Part shown: in pieces, positions 37,911 through 51,853 of the stretch
Position numbering within the stretch: position 1 is the stretch's first letter
Layout of the letters: every line of letters starts with the position of its first letter
Assembly: GCF_006345805.1 (NCBI RefSeq)
Contig: NC_043010.1
Coordinates: forward strand, 32,488,001 to 32,552,000
Length of the DNA stretch: 64,000 bases
Origin: Octopus sinensis
Taxonomy: Eukaryota
Direction: 5' to 3'
Notes under the pieces: generated by a model
The model's input: the letters and a program-made list of their open reading frames with translations, nothing else
Databases searched by the model: none
What the model was told of the DNA's origin: nothing
Made by a program: the position numbers and the translations under genes

Positions 37911-38489
37911 ATAGGAAAAGAAAAGATCCAAAGAAGGGAGGATGGAGGAAACAAAATCGCCAATGGTACACACGCAGTCACATTACATACATACATATAT
38001 ACATACAGACATACATACATAGTCCCTGTCACTTAACAGTTTGGCAAAAAGAAACCAATAGAATAAATTCTAGACTTAGAAAGAATAAGTCCTGGGGTTG
38101 ATTTGTTCAACTAAATGTGGTGCTCCAGCATGGCTGCAGTCAAATGACTGAAACACATAAAAGAATAAAAAAATATGTGTGTATTTATATGTTGTATGTG
38201 TGTATGTATGTATATATATATATGTATGTGTGTGTGTGTGATTGAAAAGCAAAGGAAAACACACACACAAGATGAAAGAACAACAAACGGTGTATTAGGT
38301 CTACACTCAGGAAAATGGAAGAAGTCTTTAATGTTTTGAGTCCACTCTCTTCTATAGAAAGGATGGATGAGAACAGAAAAAAGATGGAGAGCAAAAAAAC
38401 ATGTATCAGAATTAAACAGTTAAAGCATGTTGAAATGATCAGAAGCGGAAGATGTTGACTTGAGGCATGGGCTAGCAAGAGAAACAACA

Positions 38490-39060
38490 GTGACTTTGTG
38501 TGTGTGTGTGTGTGTGCATGCATGTGTGTGTGAGCATGCATGTGTGTGTGTATGTGTGTTTGTGTGTGCGTGCATGTGTGTGTGTATGTGTGTGTGTGTG
38601 CGTGCATGTGTGTGTGCGTGCATGTGTGTGTGCGTGCATGTGTGTGTGCGTGCATGTGTGTGTGCGTGTGCTTGTATGAGCAAAGACATGTGTGTATGAA
38701 GCTAACATGTACTTGTGTATGTGTGCATGAGAGCTCACCTGTGTGTGTGTGTGTGTGTAAACAAGTACATGTGTGTGTGTATGAAGCAATGTGTGCATGT
38801 ACCCTCAGTGTGTTCATGAGTGTGTAACTGTGTATAGAAGTGTGGAAATTTGTGAGGCTATCTGATGGGTGTGTGTATGCACATGTGTATGTACGTGCAT
38901 ATGTGTGCATGTGCATGTGTGTGCATGTGTATGTGTGTGCATGTGTGTGCATGTGCATGTGTGTGTATGTGCACACGTGGGTGTGCAAGCACAAGTATGA
39001 AGCTACTATGTGCATGTATACAGTGTGCTTTTAGCCTGTCTGTGTGTACGTGAGTGTGTA
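38490..39060. repeat. Degenerate (TG)n/TGCA compound satellite
   Basis: tgtgtgtgcgtgcatg units, which explain the His/Thr-rich 276-aa ORF. Confidence 0.9.
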
Positions 39061-39829
39061 ATCTTATTTTCTGTTTATGTTTGTGTGTAAGAATTTATGT
39101 GTGGAGATTGATCAGTGTGCATATACATGCGTGTGGCGTTATTATGAGTGTGTATATTGTGTATGTGCATTTATGCGTGTGTTATGTGTAAGGGAATCTG
39201 TGCATGTGTCCTGTTTTCAGTTGGTGTGTATATTTGAGGTTATCAGACAAAGTGGGTGTGTATGAAGCTAATGTGTGTGTGCGTGTGTGTGTGTGTGTGC
39301 ATGAGTGTATACATATACTGTGTCTTTGGGCATGATTATATGTGTATATGGGCACTTGCATGTGTGTGTGTGAGGTATCTGGTGTATGCATGTGTTGTAG
39401 CAGAAGGCTAGATGTGTCATCCTGGATAGAGTTGTTAAGTGACAAACGTGGTAGGTGTTGGGATGTGTGGGTGTGTGATTGTATACGTGTTGCTGCGTGT
39501 GTGAGGATGGATATAGAAGTGTGGGTGCTGGTGTGTGTGAAGTATGAAGAAGGAGTATGTGTTTGCATGTGTGTGCGCGCGCGCGCGTGTGTGTGTGTGT
39601 GTGTGTGCATACATATGTAGGTGCTAGTGCGTTGTGGAGTAGGTAGAAAGATGTATGTTTGTGTGTTTATATGTGTGTATGTGTATATGCTATATGGATG
39701 AAAATGCTGTGCATGATGTTGGGTTATAAGTAGAGTAGGTGTGTGGAGGGTTGAGATTGAGGAAGCAGGTGGAAGATGAGAGGTGCAGTGTATGTAAGGA
39801 ATTTAAATGAAGAGTGGTGGAGATTTGAG

Positions 39830-40060
39830 GATGTGAGGAACTGAAATATAGAGAAAAATTTAACTCATGCTCCAGACAGAGACAGGAGTCTTTGTTTAAG
39901 GCTAGTCTGAACACAAACAGATGTTGCAAAGAATGACCAGATGAGCAGAAATGGCATGAGACCAAAGTGTCATTCCTGAGTCTGATGTCCCAAAGATGTT
40001 TGACAAAATAGTCAGCTAATGCCAGCCAGCCAGCTCGTGATTTGATATAGATTCATTGGG
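39830..40060 (-). mobile_element. Penelope-like GIY-YIG C-terminal remnant
   Basis: LADYFVKHLWDIRLRNDTLVSCHFCSSGHSLQHL. Confidence 0.6.
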
Positions 40061-40299
40061 GACCTTGGATAACAGAAGGTTGAGTTGCTTCTTGAAATCA
40101 TCTGCCCTCATTCCATGTTGGTCTCCCAGGTTTTTTTACCAAGATATTAAATAGCTGAGGCCCTTTGAATTCCAAGGTATTGCAGTACCTGTTCCTCACT
40201 CTAGATGAGATGGATGTTTGAGGGACTGGTATGACTGTCAATGTTTGGTGTCACCTCCTCTAGAATCTTCCATATGTATATCACTGCATATCTCTCATC

Positions 40300-41810
40300 T
40301 TCAGTCTGAGAGTAAAGTCATAGTTAGTTCTTTCTGTCCAGCTAAGATTGAACAAGGTTTAGCAAGCCAAACTTTAAGAAATATTGACAATAAAATCAAG
40401 GAATCTTTGTACCTGTTGCTATGGAAAAATAGCTACTCAGAGATATCTTGGTTTAAATCCATCCACAATAAAATTAAAGCAAAATCACAGTTTGATATTG
40501 TGGATTTCTACCTGTCAGTATCTGAACCACTGTTGCATGATACTTTGGGGTTCATATCAGTTTGTAACCATTGATGAGCATAAAATAAAGTTCATTATAC
40601 ACGTACATAAGACATTGTTATCAGTGACAGATCTGTACAAAAAAATGATGGCCCACACAAACTATTTGATGTCCCATTGGGTTCATATGATAGCACAGAT
40701 ATAATATGTGATTTGGTTACTTTATATTTATTAGACCATTTAGATTTAAAATTCCCCAACCACAGCATCAGTATATATCAGGATGTTAATTTTACAGTGT
40801 CACACAATTGTGATGGTCATGCTAGGGACTCCTTTAGAAATCAGTTGATTTCAAGCTTCAGTTCTTTAGGGCTTAGAACCTCTATTGACATTAACCTAAC
40901 TGGGACTGACTATGTTTCCTTAAACCTCAAAACTAATTCTTATAAACCCTTTCATAAACCTAACAAAAATCTAAAATATATTAATAAGCACTCCTGCTAC
41001 CCATCTATTGTACTTGAGAACCTAATTCCAAACATTAGCCAAAGAATAAGTTGTCTTTTTTCATCTAGTGAAATATTTGCAAAAGCTTCCCCATATTATA
41101 AGGTTTTACAGAATAGCAGCTTCACTGATAACATCTTTTATAATCTTCCACCTCTTGGACAATCTAATCATAAGAATAGGTACAATAAAATTTTATGGTT
41201 CACCCCCACCTTTCTCTCTAAATGTGAGGGCAAATATAAGTAAAAGATTCTTATACTTATAGGATAATCAGTTTCCAAGCAATCATAGGTATAGAAAGAT
41301 ATCTAATAGCCACACAGTTAAAATAACATTTTCATGCCTCCCTAATGTAAAGGCCTATATCTACAAGCAACCAATGACTCAGACCTATTGTGGATGCACA
41401 TTCAGAGATAAATCTAAATGTCCTCTAAAGCAGGCATGCAGTGTATCCTCATTGTTTGTGAAGCACAAGCAGCAGTAAATTATGGCAATGGCCAGAGAAA
41501 AGCCAAGTGCTACATTGGAACAGTGGAAGGAAAATTTAAATCAAGATACAACTATCTTTTGGCCTTTAGACACCACAAGAGGAGACATCTTGGCATTAAT
41601 CTGGAAACTTAAGGACAAGAATGTAAACTAAAACATCAAATGGAATATTCTTCCTAAGATCAAACTCTTCAATTGGTTCGAAAAAGCTTGATATGTTCCA
41701 TTGGAAAACTGTATCATTAAAACACCTTAAGAAACTCTCCAGTGACTGTAAATTCCAGGAATGAGATCTTTTCTTCATGCTTGCATTTTAAAAAATACAT
41801 CTTAGTGGAA
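40300..41810 (+). mobile_element. Decayed Penelope-like element of Naiad type (RT plus GIY-YIG)
   Basis: QFDIVDFYLSVS, FDVPLGSYDS, KPNKNLKYINKHSCYP, CGC..CP...C and CYIGTVEGKFKSRYN. The catalytic YxDD is eroded and there are frameshifts. Confidence 0.75.
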
Positions 41811-42106
41811 ATTAAAGATAGACCACTGGACACACCATACAGAATTCTTGTCTAGCTTATGTTATTTCCATATCCATAGCACACAAGTCAGGTTTCCTAT
41901 GGGGGTTGATTATCTTACTTGACTTTTTCTAAATGCACTTTCTCATTCAAATATCAACTGCATCGAGTGCAGTAAACAAACTGTCTTGTTGTCTCTAACA
42001 ACCTGATAAATGATGAAATAAATTAATGTTTCAGCTGGGAAACCCAGGATAACTGTATTACACAAGGCTTGTGTTTTTTTATTCTAATAATATAATAGAC
42101 ATATTT

Positions 42107-42149
<43 letters not shown>

Positions 42150-42164
42150 TTATATATACATATA

Positions 42165-42600
42165 TATCATCATCATCGTTTAACATCTGCTTTCCATGCT
42201 GGCATGGGTTGGACGGCTTGACTGAAGACATGTGGGCCAGAGACTGCACCAGGCTCAATCTGATCTGGCAACGACCTCACTCAAAAGGTGCTTTTTACAT
42301 TCTACCTGCATGGGAGCCAGTCTGGCGGCACTGGCAACGACCACACTTGAATGTTGTTTTTCACATGGCACCAACACATGTGCTGGTAAGGCAACACTGG
42401 CAATGATTACACTCAAATGATGCTTTTCACATGCCACCAGCACAGGAGCCAATCTGTGGCCCTGGCAATGATCATGCTCAAATGTACTTTTAACGTTCCA
42501 CTGGTATGAGTGCCAATCAGGCGGTACTGTCATCGGCCATGTCAGCGATTTTGATTTTGAATTCACTTGCCTCAATAGGTCTTTGCAAGCAATTTTATTA
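42165..42600 (-). mobile_element. RTE 3'-UTR-type repeat with ~60-bp tandem subunits
   Basis: Repeated ggcactggcaa.ga.cac.ct..aatg.tg.ttt unit and the same terminus as other copies. Confidence 0.65.
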
Positions 42601-45322
42601 TCCAATGAACGAATAGTATAGTATAAAAAGATATAAAAATGAAGTATAACATAGTTTAAAAATATATAGAAATGAAGATTCAAACAAAATCAAAGGTGAA
42701 AATGTTATATATCATTTAAATGTCAAAGCAACTTCTGAATGCCTCCTCATGGGTTGGAGAAAATCTCTTGCTAAAGGAAGTCTGAAACATGGTTACCATT
42801 TGAAGTGTTTCTCCCTACATATACACACAACCAATGTTTTCAACTTCTCTTTTAGAATCTCCTTTAAATTCTATGTTTTGAAGATAATAGCTTCAAGGGA
42901 TGTATTTCTGCAGGGTAACCTTTTGATATTCTAAAGGAAAATACAAATCTATGTAAGGGAAAACCAATTTTCCCTTACATAGAGCATGAAAAATTTATAG
43001 TATTTTCAGAAAGAGAAAAATATTAGCTTATGATAAATATTATATCTATATTGATAAATATGGGGCACAACTCCAAACATGTTTCACTTTTACTTGTAGC
43101 TCTTCAGATTTATAATTACTCAAATATTAGCAAGAAATGATTAATTTTTGTTGGTATAGAATAAAAGAATTAATGAGAACCTCAATTATTCTGCTATTGC
43201 CCTCTTGATAATTAATAATGAAGTGAAAATATTATTCATTTTTAGAATATTAAAAAGCTAAAAATTTATTCAGAAATGCAATAAAAATTATAGTAATATC
43301 TGCCATCAAGTAATATAATTTGTTTGTCTGTGGCTTGGGGGAGTAAAGTTTGGACGCTTAATGTTTAAACCATGAAGTATACATTTACATACGTAATAGA
43401 AATAGCAGAACAGTTTTATGGATCAGTGATCAGTATTTTAGGGACAGAAGCTGACCTCAAAGAATTCTAGATCTTTAAATAAATTATGTTGGTCATAACA
43501 TAAACAAGGGTTTATTCAACAAAGAATGGAATTTGTTATTTTTATTACTGATTTTGTTGTTGATGCCATAGTTGACTTTAAATCAAGGTTCACTTGTTTG
43601 TTTACCTCAACAACCTAGCTGAGAAAAATAAAAGAAATATCACTCCCTCTACATACATAAATCTTCTCAGACAAGGGAAATCTGATTTAATTATCAATAC
43701 AAATTAAACAATTTTAATAAAAATATTTTATAATTAATTCCTGAAAATTTTCATCTGAAAATATTTAATAATTAAAAAATAATATTTTCATTAATTTTTT
43801 TTTTCTATATTGTTTTCTTTCATGGCAGAAAAGATGAGACAGGTTTTGAAATATAACATTTTCATATTGTTGCAGTGAGTGTTTTCATAATTGTCTGGTG
43901 TTTTTTTATATTTTTGTCATCCACTCAAGTGTGAAATGTAAGCTGAGACAGCATAGAAATGTACTTTGTCTAGAAACATGAAACAATGGTTATAGCAAGA
44001 TTTGAATTAATGATCATGTGATTTGTAAGTCCTGCATCTTAACAATCACCCCATCACAACTACAACAGCAACTCTTTCTGAATTGTGACTATACAATGCA
44101 GCTAATAATATATTTTACACTTAAATAAAGATGTAGACTCATGCTTATCGTTTCAGTCAAATTCAGACCCTTAGGAACTTTTCAATACCTTAGTATGAGG
44201 ATTGAACCAATAAGCTTCATTGTTATTTTACAATTTAAAAAGATTAACTTATGTCCCCCTCCCAGACTGCCAAATGTAGAAACTGAAAGATAATTATTGA
44301 TTTCAAATTTTGGTACAAGGCCAGCAATTCCAGGAGAGGGGTAAGTTGATTTCATTGACCCCAGTACTTGACTGATAGTTATTCTATCAACTCCAAATGA
44401 ATGAAAGACAAAGTTGACCTCAGCAGAATTTGAACTCAGAATGTAAAGACAGATGAAATGACACTAAGTATTTTGCCCAGCATGCTAACAGTTCTGCCAG
44501 CTCACTGCCTTAAAACTGGAAGATAATTATTATGATGTAAACAATGTTGAGGAATTGTTAAAAAAAAACAATAGAAGTAGTCAGTTCAATACTTACTCTA
44601 AGCTTCCATAAAAGCCCCTCTTGGGCCTTATTTCACAGAGAAACTAAATGCTATATTGGTACTGTAGTAAAATGTACTTTTAGAGAAATTTTGTGATTAG
44701 AACCATAATAACTGGGTTGTTGTAATGACAGGAAATGAAGTCTTGCTGTGGCATTGGATTATGCTTTCATGCAAGACACATTATTTCACTGGCTTTAGTC
44801 TTTAAGAGATATTACTTCACAATTCAGTGGCTGGCTTTATGAACAGAAGTACCTAACCATGAAATCTTCTGCTTCACCAATTCATGAAAGTGTTCAAATT
44901 TGTGGAATCCATACTTGCTATACTGTTATCAACAATTATTGATTTCCTGCTCAGGCAGAAGACCACAAGACCACAATTCTGTGCAAGTGGATGGAAGAGA
45001 GGAAACACTTGATTAAACCAACCCCATTATTGAACTGGTACTTATATTATCAACTATTCTTCACCTCTCATGAAAGGATAAAAGGCAAAGTTGACCTCAG
45101 TAGGACATGAACTCAGAAGACAAAGGGCTGCAACTGAATACAAGAAGTTTTTGTCTGATGCCCTATTGTTTCAGGTAGTCCACTGTGCAGTAGTAAGCAA
45201 ATGATCTATGTTTGGCTTAAAGGTTACATATGAAATTGTTATTGTAGCAATTATGCTATGGTTTATGTATTGGATTAAGGGCTATATTTGAAGACTACTC
45301 AATAGTGATACATACATACATA

Positions 45323-45389
<67 letters not shown>

Positions 45390-45442
45390 TAGATAGATAG
45401 ATATATAGATATAGATATATATATATATACATACACACACGC

Positions 45443-45530
<88 letters not shown>

Positions 45531-46229
45531 ATACATAAACACAGATGCATATACACACACACACTGAACATTTTAGTGTGAGGGCAGGAATGGATAATGG
45601 CTATATGGGAAGATATGACAATACAGCTATGCATGGCACACGCATTGTTTGTTATTGACTATAGAGGTATATATTTAGCAATTATACAATAGAACTATCT
45701 TTAGTGCAGATATTTTCAGGGTTTTCATTAATAAAGAAGTTTGGTTGAGATAATGGTGGTGGTGGTGGTGGTGGCGGCGGTGGTGGTGGCGGCGGTGGTG
45801 GCAGCAGCTGTGGCAGCACTACTGTTACTGCTGGGGATACTGGGAGAGCTCAGGAGTGAAATTCAAATATTTCTAAACAATATTTTGATTAAAAGCTAGC
45901 AGGCCTGTTAAAAATTATGTTTTTATCAATAGAAAAAATAAATATATCTAAATAAAAAATGCCATTATCTGTGTCAGCTGACTGGAATAGGTTTCCATGT
46001 ATAGTTGCAAATCAGAAAATACTGAAATACACACACACACACACACAATATCAATGTACCATTTTAGGTATTCCGATAATGGATAATTCAATAGTTTGTA
46101 GACTGTTTGCTTTTTTTATTATTATCACTATTATTATTATTATTTCCAGTGGCAGGGATGATAGCATTGGCTATGGTGGTGTTAGTAGTAGTATTGGAGT
46201 CATGAAGGTGGGTGTGGAAGTTGTGGATG

Positions 46230-46420
46230 TGGTTGCAGTGGCACTGATGGTAATGGTGGTTGTAGTGGTCATGGTCGTGGTCGTTGTCATCATCATAATC
46301 ATAGCTGTGGTGGTGGTGGTGGTGGTAATGGCGGTGGTGGTGGTGATGGTGGTGGCAGTGGTAGTGGTGGTGCTGGTGGTGGTGGTGGTGGTGGTTGTTG
46401 TGGCGGTGCTGGTGGTGTTG
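46230..46420. repeat. (GGT)n-rich trinucleotide tract. (GAT)n/(GGT)n also at 11360-11500, (TAT)n at 23680-23755 and (TAG)n/(CAG)n at 54215-54303.
   Basis: Seen directly in the sequence. Confidence 0.9.
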
Positions 46421-47967
46421 TGGAATTCTAGAAAGAAAAATAATATCAAAGTTAGTTCTTTGGGTTTTATATTTTATCGTATCGTTATTATTATTATCAT
46501 TTTTATTTTAAACAAGAAAAACTAAAAATATTCTCTATAATCGTCAGTTGTGTCTGTCTATCTTTGGTACTGCTGACGTCACTAATTAATGGGTGAGGAG
46601 AGGGATTATTGCTTTGTTTTTGGTTATTCTTCATTTTGTATGGATTATAGTAATTTGATTTTTTCTTAATTATTCATCAGTGTAAGAAGGCCAGCACCCA
46701 TGACCCTTTGTGGGGTCTGAGACTGATTGGAGCAAAAGAGAAGGAAAGGAAGGAAGGAAGGAAGGAAGGAAGGGAGGGAGGGAGGGAGGAAGGAAGGAAG
46801 GGAGGAAAGAAGGAGGGATGGGAGGAAGTGAGAAGGTTATCTTCAGGCCCAAAACCAAGCCTGAATGGTGGCAACAAAGACCATTCTTCTAAAACCATTC
46901 ATTTCACAAGATGGTTATGGTACAGTGGGTAGTGAATTATGTTTACCATCCAAGGCTAGGAACAGTCTCTCCAACAAAAAGAGGCTCCCTCAGTTTCCAT
47001 TACCGAATTTCACTTACAATGTTTTGGTATTATCTAAGACACCCCACAGTGTGAACATACCCGAAATTATATGAAGTAAAATTTAATCACACAGCCATGG
47101 TAAGGCTATGTGGTTGAGAATTTTGCTTCCCAACACATGGTTTCAGGTTCAATCTCACTATGTGACATCTTGGGTATGTGTCTTCTACTATAGCCCTGGG
47201 TTGACCAAAATCTTGTGAGTGGATTTAACGGATGAAAGCTGAAAGAAGGCCATCATGTTTGTATATATATATATATGTGTGTGTGCGTGCGTGTGTGTGA
47301 ATGTGTGTGTGTGTGTCTGAGTCTGTGTTTGTGTGAATGTGTGTATGTTTATGCTTCCATGTCTTGATAATGCAGGATAGTTGTAACTGAATGTCATTGC
47401 CATACAAGCAGTATCATTCATTTCTCCAAAAGTATATCTGGCCATGGGCAAATATTACCTTACTTGAAAAGAAGTCAGAGCTGGCAACAAGAAGGGCATC
47501 CAGCCATAGAAAATCTGCCTCAATAAAATCCGTCTGATCTATGCAAACATGGAACAGTAGAATTTAAAATGATGTGCACATATACACAGAATCACAAAGT
47601 TATAACCACAGTTTCACACTCACTCTCTCATACATACATGCACAATGCACACACGCACATACACACTTGCTCACTTGCACACAGTCACACATGCGTGTCT
47701 CTACATAACCACATGTCCAAACCAATCTATATGTAAACAGACAACAATAATCAATCCAGGAAATTACTCTATCACACCATCTTATAAACAACATCTCATT
47801 CACATGAACACCAAATACTCAAATATCATAAAACTACTGCAATGTTGATCATTATATTGGCCTCAAAGCATTCCATCTTTACTACACCCAATGCAAACAA
47901 CACAACAGAAGGAACACAAACAGTGATCATCTCAAAGCCATCTGCACCACTAGCTAATGCATGCTAG

Positions 47968-48008
<41 letters not shown>

Positions 48009-48047
48009 TGTGTGTTTGCATGTGTGTGTATGTATATACATATATAT

Positions 48048-48094
<47 letters not shown>

Positions 48095-48189
48095 CAATCA
48101 CACAAACATGATACAGTGTCAAATATGCCTCAAGCATATTTGAACCCATAAGAAAGCCATTCATTTTACAATATTATTTCTGAGTCCAC

Positions 48190-48650
48190 ATTTTTGGCCT
48201 TTTTCTTTTAGTTCTCTAAGCAATTCTGTTAATTTTTAATGCTCTTGGAAATGAGTACAATGTCATCAACGAATTTTAGATGATTTAGCAAACATCCATT
48301 TATATTTAATCCTTTATCTGACCAATATAAGTTTTTAAAAACGTTTTCTAATACAGGTATGAATAGTTTGGGTGATTTGTGTCTTCTAGTCTGATTCCTT
48401 TGCCAATTTTGATATGAATCGCTTTGTGTTTTATAGTTGCCATAGTTTAGAAGAAAGGACAATGGATGAAATAACAAATTGGCAGAGTGGACACAATGTC
48501 CAGAAAGGAAGAGAGGAAGACCTCGCAGAAGTTGAAATGAAGACTTTAAATTCTTTGGCTTCCAAACACAGATGAGGAAAACATAAGACTGTAGCTGGTG
48601 GAAAGAACATACTGTGGCCTTTGTCCAGTAGTGGACTGAACATGTGCAAG
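48190..48650. mobile_element. RTE-type LINE remnant with a 5' inversion: RT piece on minus, C-terminus on plus
   Basis: Minus 48200-48440 gives KGLNINGCLLNHLKFVDDIVLISKS. Plus 48440-48650 gives RKRGRPRRS and AFVQ*WT. Confidence 0.6.
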
Positions 48651-49259
48651 GAGGAGAATGTACCTTGCTTAACACAACATAAGAAAGGCATTCACTATAT
48701 TTTGTCATGGAGAAAATTTCTCACTGTAGACAAATAAGTGTAACCTACCCAGACTATGGGATGCATGCATTTCAAAGTCATTATCTCCTCTTCAGCAACA
48801 GAAACCACAAAGAGAGACACCATGAACTGGCATGAGAACCAGACCTTTCTTGTGTTATTCTTCTCATCATTAAGTGACTGATTATGCTATTCAGCAGGTC
48901 ACTGTAAATAAAGTGCAAGGTTACAGTGCTAAGCAGTGATGTCTATAAGTTCAAAGTGTTACTGGTTCAAATATGTTTGAGGCATATTCAAATCTGTAAG
49001 GAAACCATTCACTGTATCTTGTCAGGGAGAAAATTTCTTGTTGTAGATACATAGGTATAAATACACTGAGATGAATTGAAGTGAACTCCAGTAAATTTTC
49101 CGAAAATCCTCCCCAACTTCCTCCTAAAAGACTTCCCCCAAAGAAGTTGTATATTCGGAATATACATGATATAACATATTCATTGAAAATTTCATTGAAA
49201 AAAATATTCATTTTCCTGAAAGTTATGATCATCTAAATTTGGGGTTGGGTAAGAAATCT

Positions 49260-51853
49260 GTATAACTCCACTTCATGAACGGAATCCAGCTGTTATCCAT
49301 TTAGATGTACATCTAGAGAATGGCCAGCAAGTATACTTTAATCCAGACAATCCACAATGTCTCCAGCAGCAACTTGAAGCTTCACGTTCAACTACATTGA
49401 CTGCTTTCTTTCAGCTTTGTTGCACAGATCCATTTGCTTCAACTCTTTTGTACCAAGAATCCCTCAATATTAAACATGGCAACAGAGAACTAAACAATGG
49501 ACGAGATGTGACATTAGTCAAACTTTGTAAGGGCACCCAGGAATCAAAAGACATTCATCATTGGGAAGGGTCTACACTGTGCATCCCAACAACTTTGAGT
49601 GTTATTTTCTGAGGCTCCTTTTGCACACAATCTATGGTCCATAGAGTTTCCTAGATCTGAAGACTTTCAATGGCCATGTTTGTGACTCTTACTGACAAGC
49701 TTGCCATTTCCATTGCCTCCTTGAAGATGACAGTCACTGGAATGCAACTCTGGATGAGGCAGTTGTTTCTTGTTCTGCATTTCAGTTGCAAAATCTCTTC
49801 ACCATTATGCTTCAGGCTTGTGACATCTCTAGCCATTACCAGCTGTGGGAGATTCATCAGGAATCCTTCTGTGAAGACATTGTTAACAGATTGCTGAGGA
49901 AAAATCAAGATCTTGAAATCCAACTGACTGACAACATCAAGAATGAGGCTCTACTTCTTGAATACAAAGCTCTCCAGCTTGGAGGAAAACCTTTGCAGGA
50001 GTATGGCTTGCCAGATCAAATAAGAGAACAGCCCAGAACAGACCAGGAAATTTTAAGGGAGAAATTCTATTACATGAACAATCTCTATGAGTATGTAACA
50101 AAGAATGAGCCAAAGCTTTTGACTGAACAACGGACAGCTTACAATTGCATCATTCAAATGACTCAGGAGGAAAAGAGTAGCCTGTTCATTTTCGATGCTC
50201 TTGGGGGTACTGGGAAGATATTTTTGATAAACCTTTTGTTAGCAAAAGTCCATCTAGATGTGTGCATTGCATTGGTGGTAACATCTTCTGGAATAACAGC
50301 TACTCTCTTGACAGGTGGATGAACAACTCATTCTACTTTCTAGGTTCCCTTGAATTTAGTTAGGACTGAGACTCCAATTTGCAACATTTCTAAGACATCA
50401 GCAAAGGCCAAGGTCTTGCAGTAGATGTGCTTGGTTGTCTGGGATGAATGCACCATGTCTCACCGTGGAGTACTTGAAGATGTTGATCGTAGCCTAAGAG
50501 ATTTTAGAGGAAAGGACATTCTCATGGATGGGTCACTGATTTCAGAGAAACCCTTCCTGTGGTTCCAAAAGGTACAAAAGCAGATGAACTACAAGCCTGT
50601 CTCAAGCAATCTTATCTGTGGAGGCAAGTGACTAAATTGCACCTGACAGTTAACCTGAGGGCCCAATTATTTGGTGATCAAATTGCTGGGCTGTTTTTAC
50701 ACCAGCTTCTGAAGATAGGGAATGAGCAACTACCATATGTCAACCAAATGCAGCAACACTGGCTACCCTGTGGTGAGATGGTACCAACTGTCAATGATCT
50801 CATAATGCATATGCTCCCAAACATTGCACAAAACTTTTGCAACAGTCAATGGCTCTGTGAGCGAGCCATCTTAGCTCCACATAATGATGCTGTTGACGAA
50901 ATCAACTGGGATCTCTTGCAGCTGTTGCCAGGACAAGAACAGCCTTTCAAATCCCTCAATGCTGTCATTGATCAGGACCAGGCTGTAGTTTTTTCCAACT
51001 GAGTTCCTGAACTCTCTACATCCATCTGGGCTGCCATCTCACCACTTAACACTTAAAAAGGGGCCCCAATTATGCTGCCCAGGAATCTGGATCCACCTCA
51101 TCTGTGCAATGGCCCCAATCTGGTGGTGAAAGTGATGCAACCCCATGTCCTAGAGGCAACAATTATGACTGGGAACTATAAGAGTGAGAATGTCTTCATT
51201 CCATCGATCCCGTTAATCCCATATGATCTCCCCTTTAAATTTTAATGATTCCAGTTCCCAGTGAAACTAAGTTTTGCTATATCAATAAACAAATCTTAAG
51301 GACAGTCTCTTAAGGTTGTTGAACTTGACTTTGCTTCTCCTTGCTTCTCTCATGGACAATTATATGTAGAATATTCACGAGTTGAAAGTCCCCAAAATAT
51401 TTTTCTTTATATACCAATTAAAAGACACACTCAAAACATCATATATTTAGAGGCTCTAGAAAATTAAACTGTGATTGATTTCCAGATTTGTTTCAATACA
51501 TTTGTTTTTACTGATGTCATCTGACAGAATTTTTGTTAAATGTACTTAACAGCAGATGAGTGCCCCCAGACTGGTTCTTCTCAAGTTTATGCATTTTCAG
51601 GTTCAACATGTTTCAAATAAGTACTGACAATTGAAGGTGATTGCAAAGACAAAGAACTACCTGTTTTTTTGTTTTTTTTAACAACTTTAACAGTGAGAGC
51701 ATCGGACAAAATATGTTATTGATATTAATAGTTTGTACCTCAGCTACTTACTGTTGAGAACTGCATTATCCATGTATCATGTTAGAGATCTAAATGGCAT
51801 TTTTTAATTTCATTATTTTCTTTAATCCAGGCAACGCTGGATATTTCTGCTAG
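49260..51853 (+). mobile_element. 5'-truncated Helitron with decayed Pif1-type helicase and intact 3' terminus
   Basis: HERNPAVIHLDVHLENGQQVYF, DALGGTGKIF, WDECTMSH and RAILAPHN. Hairpin ATCCAG-gcaacg-CTGGAT, then CTAG at 51850-53 followed by T. Confidence 0.9.

Noticed and set aside
38185-39015. 276-aa His/Thr-rich ORF, and the many YIYIY/CVCV/poly-I/poly-V ORFs
   Set aside because: These are translations of (CA)n, (TA)n and trinucleotide microsatellites, with no splice context or domain signal.
41385-41445. Possible selenocysteine recoding in the Naiad-type element
   Set aside because: The Cys-cluster codons are all TGT/TGC, no SECIS was recognised, and the stops elsewhere fit decay.
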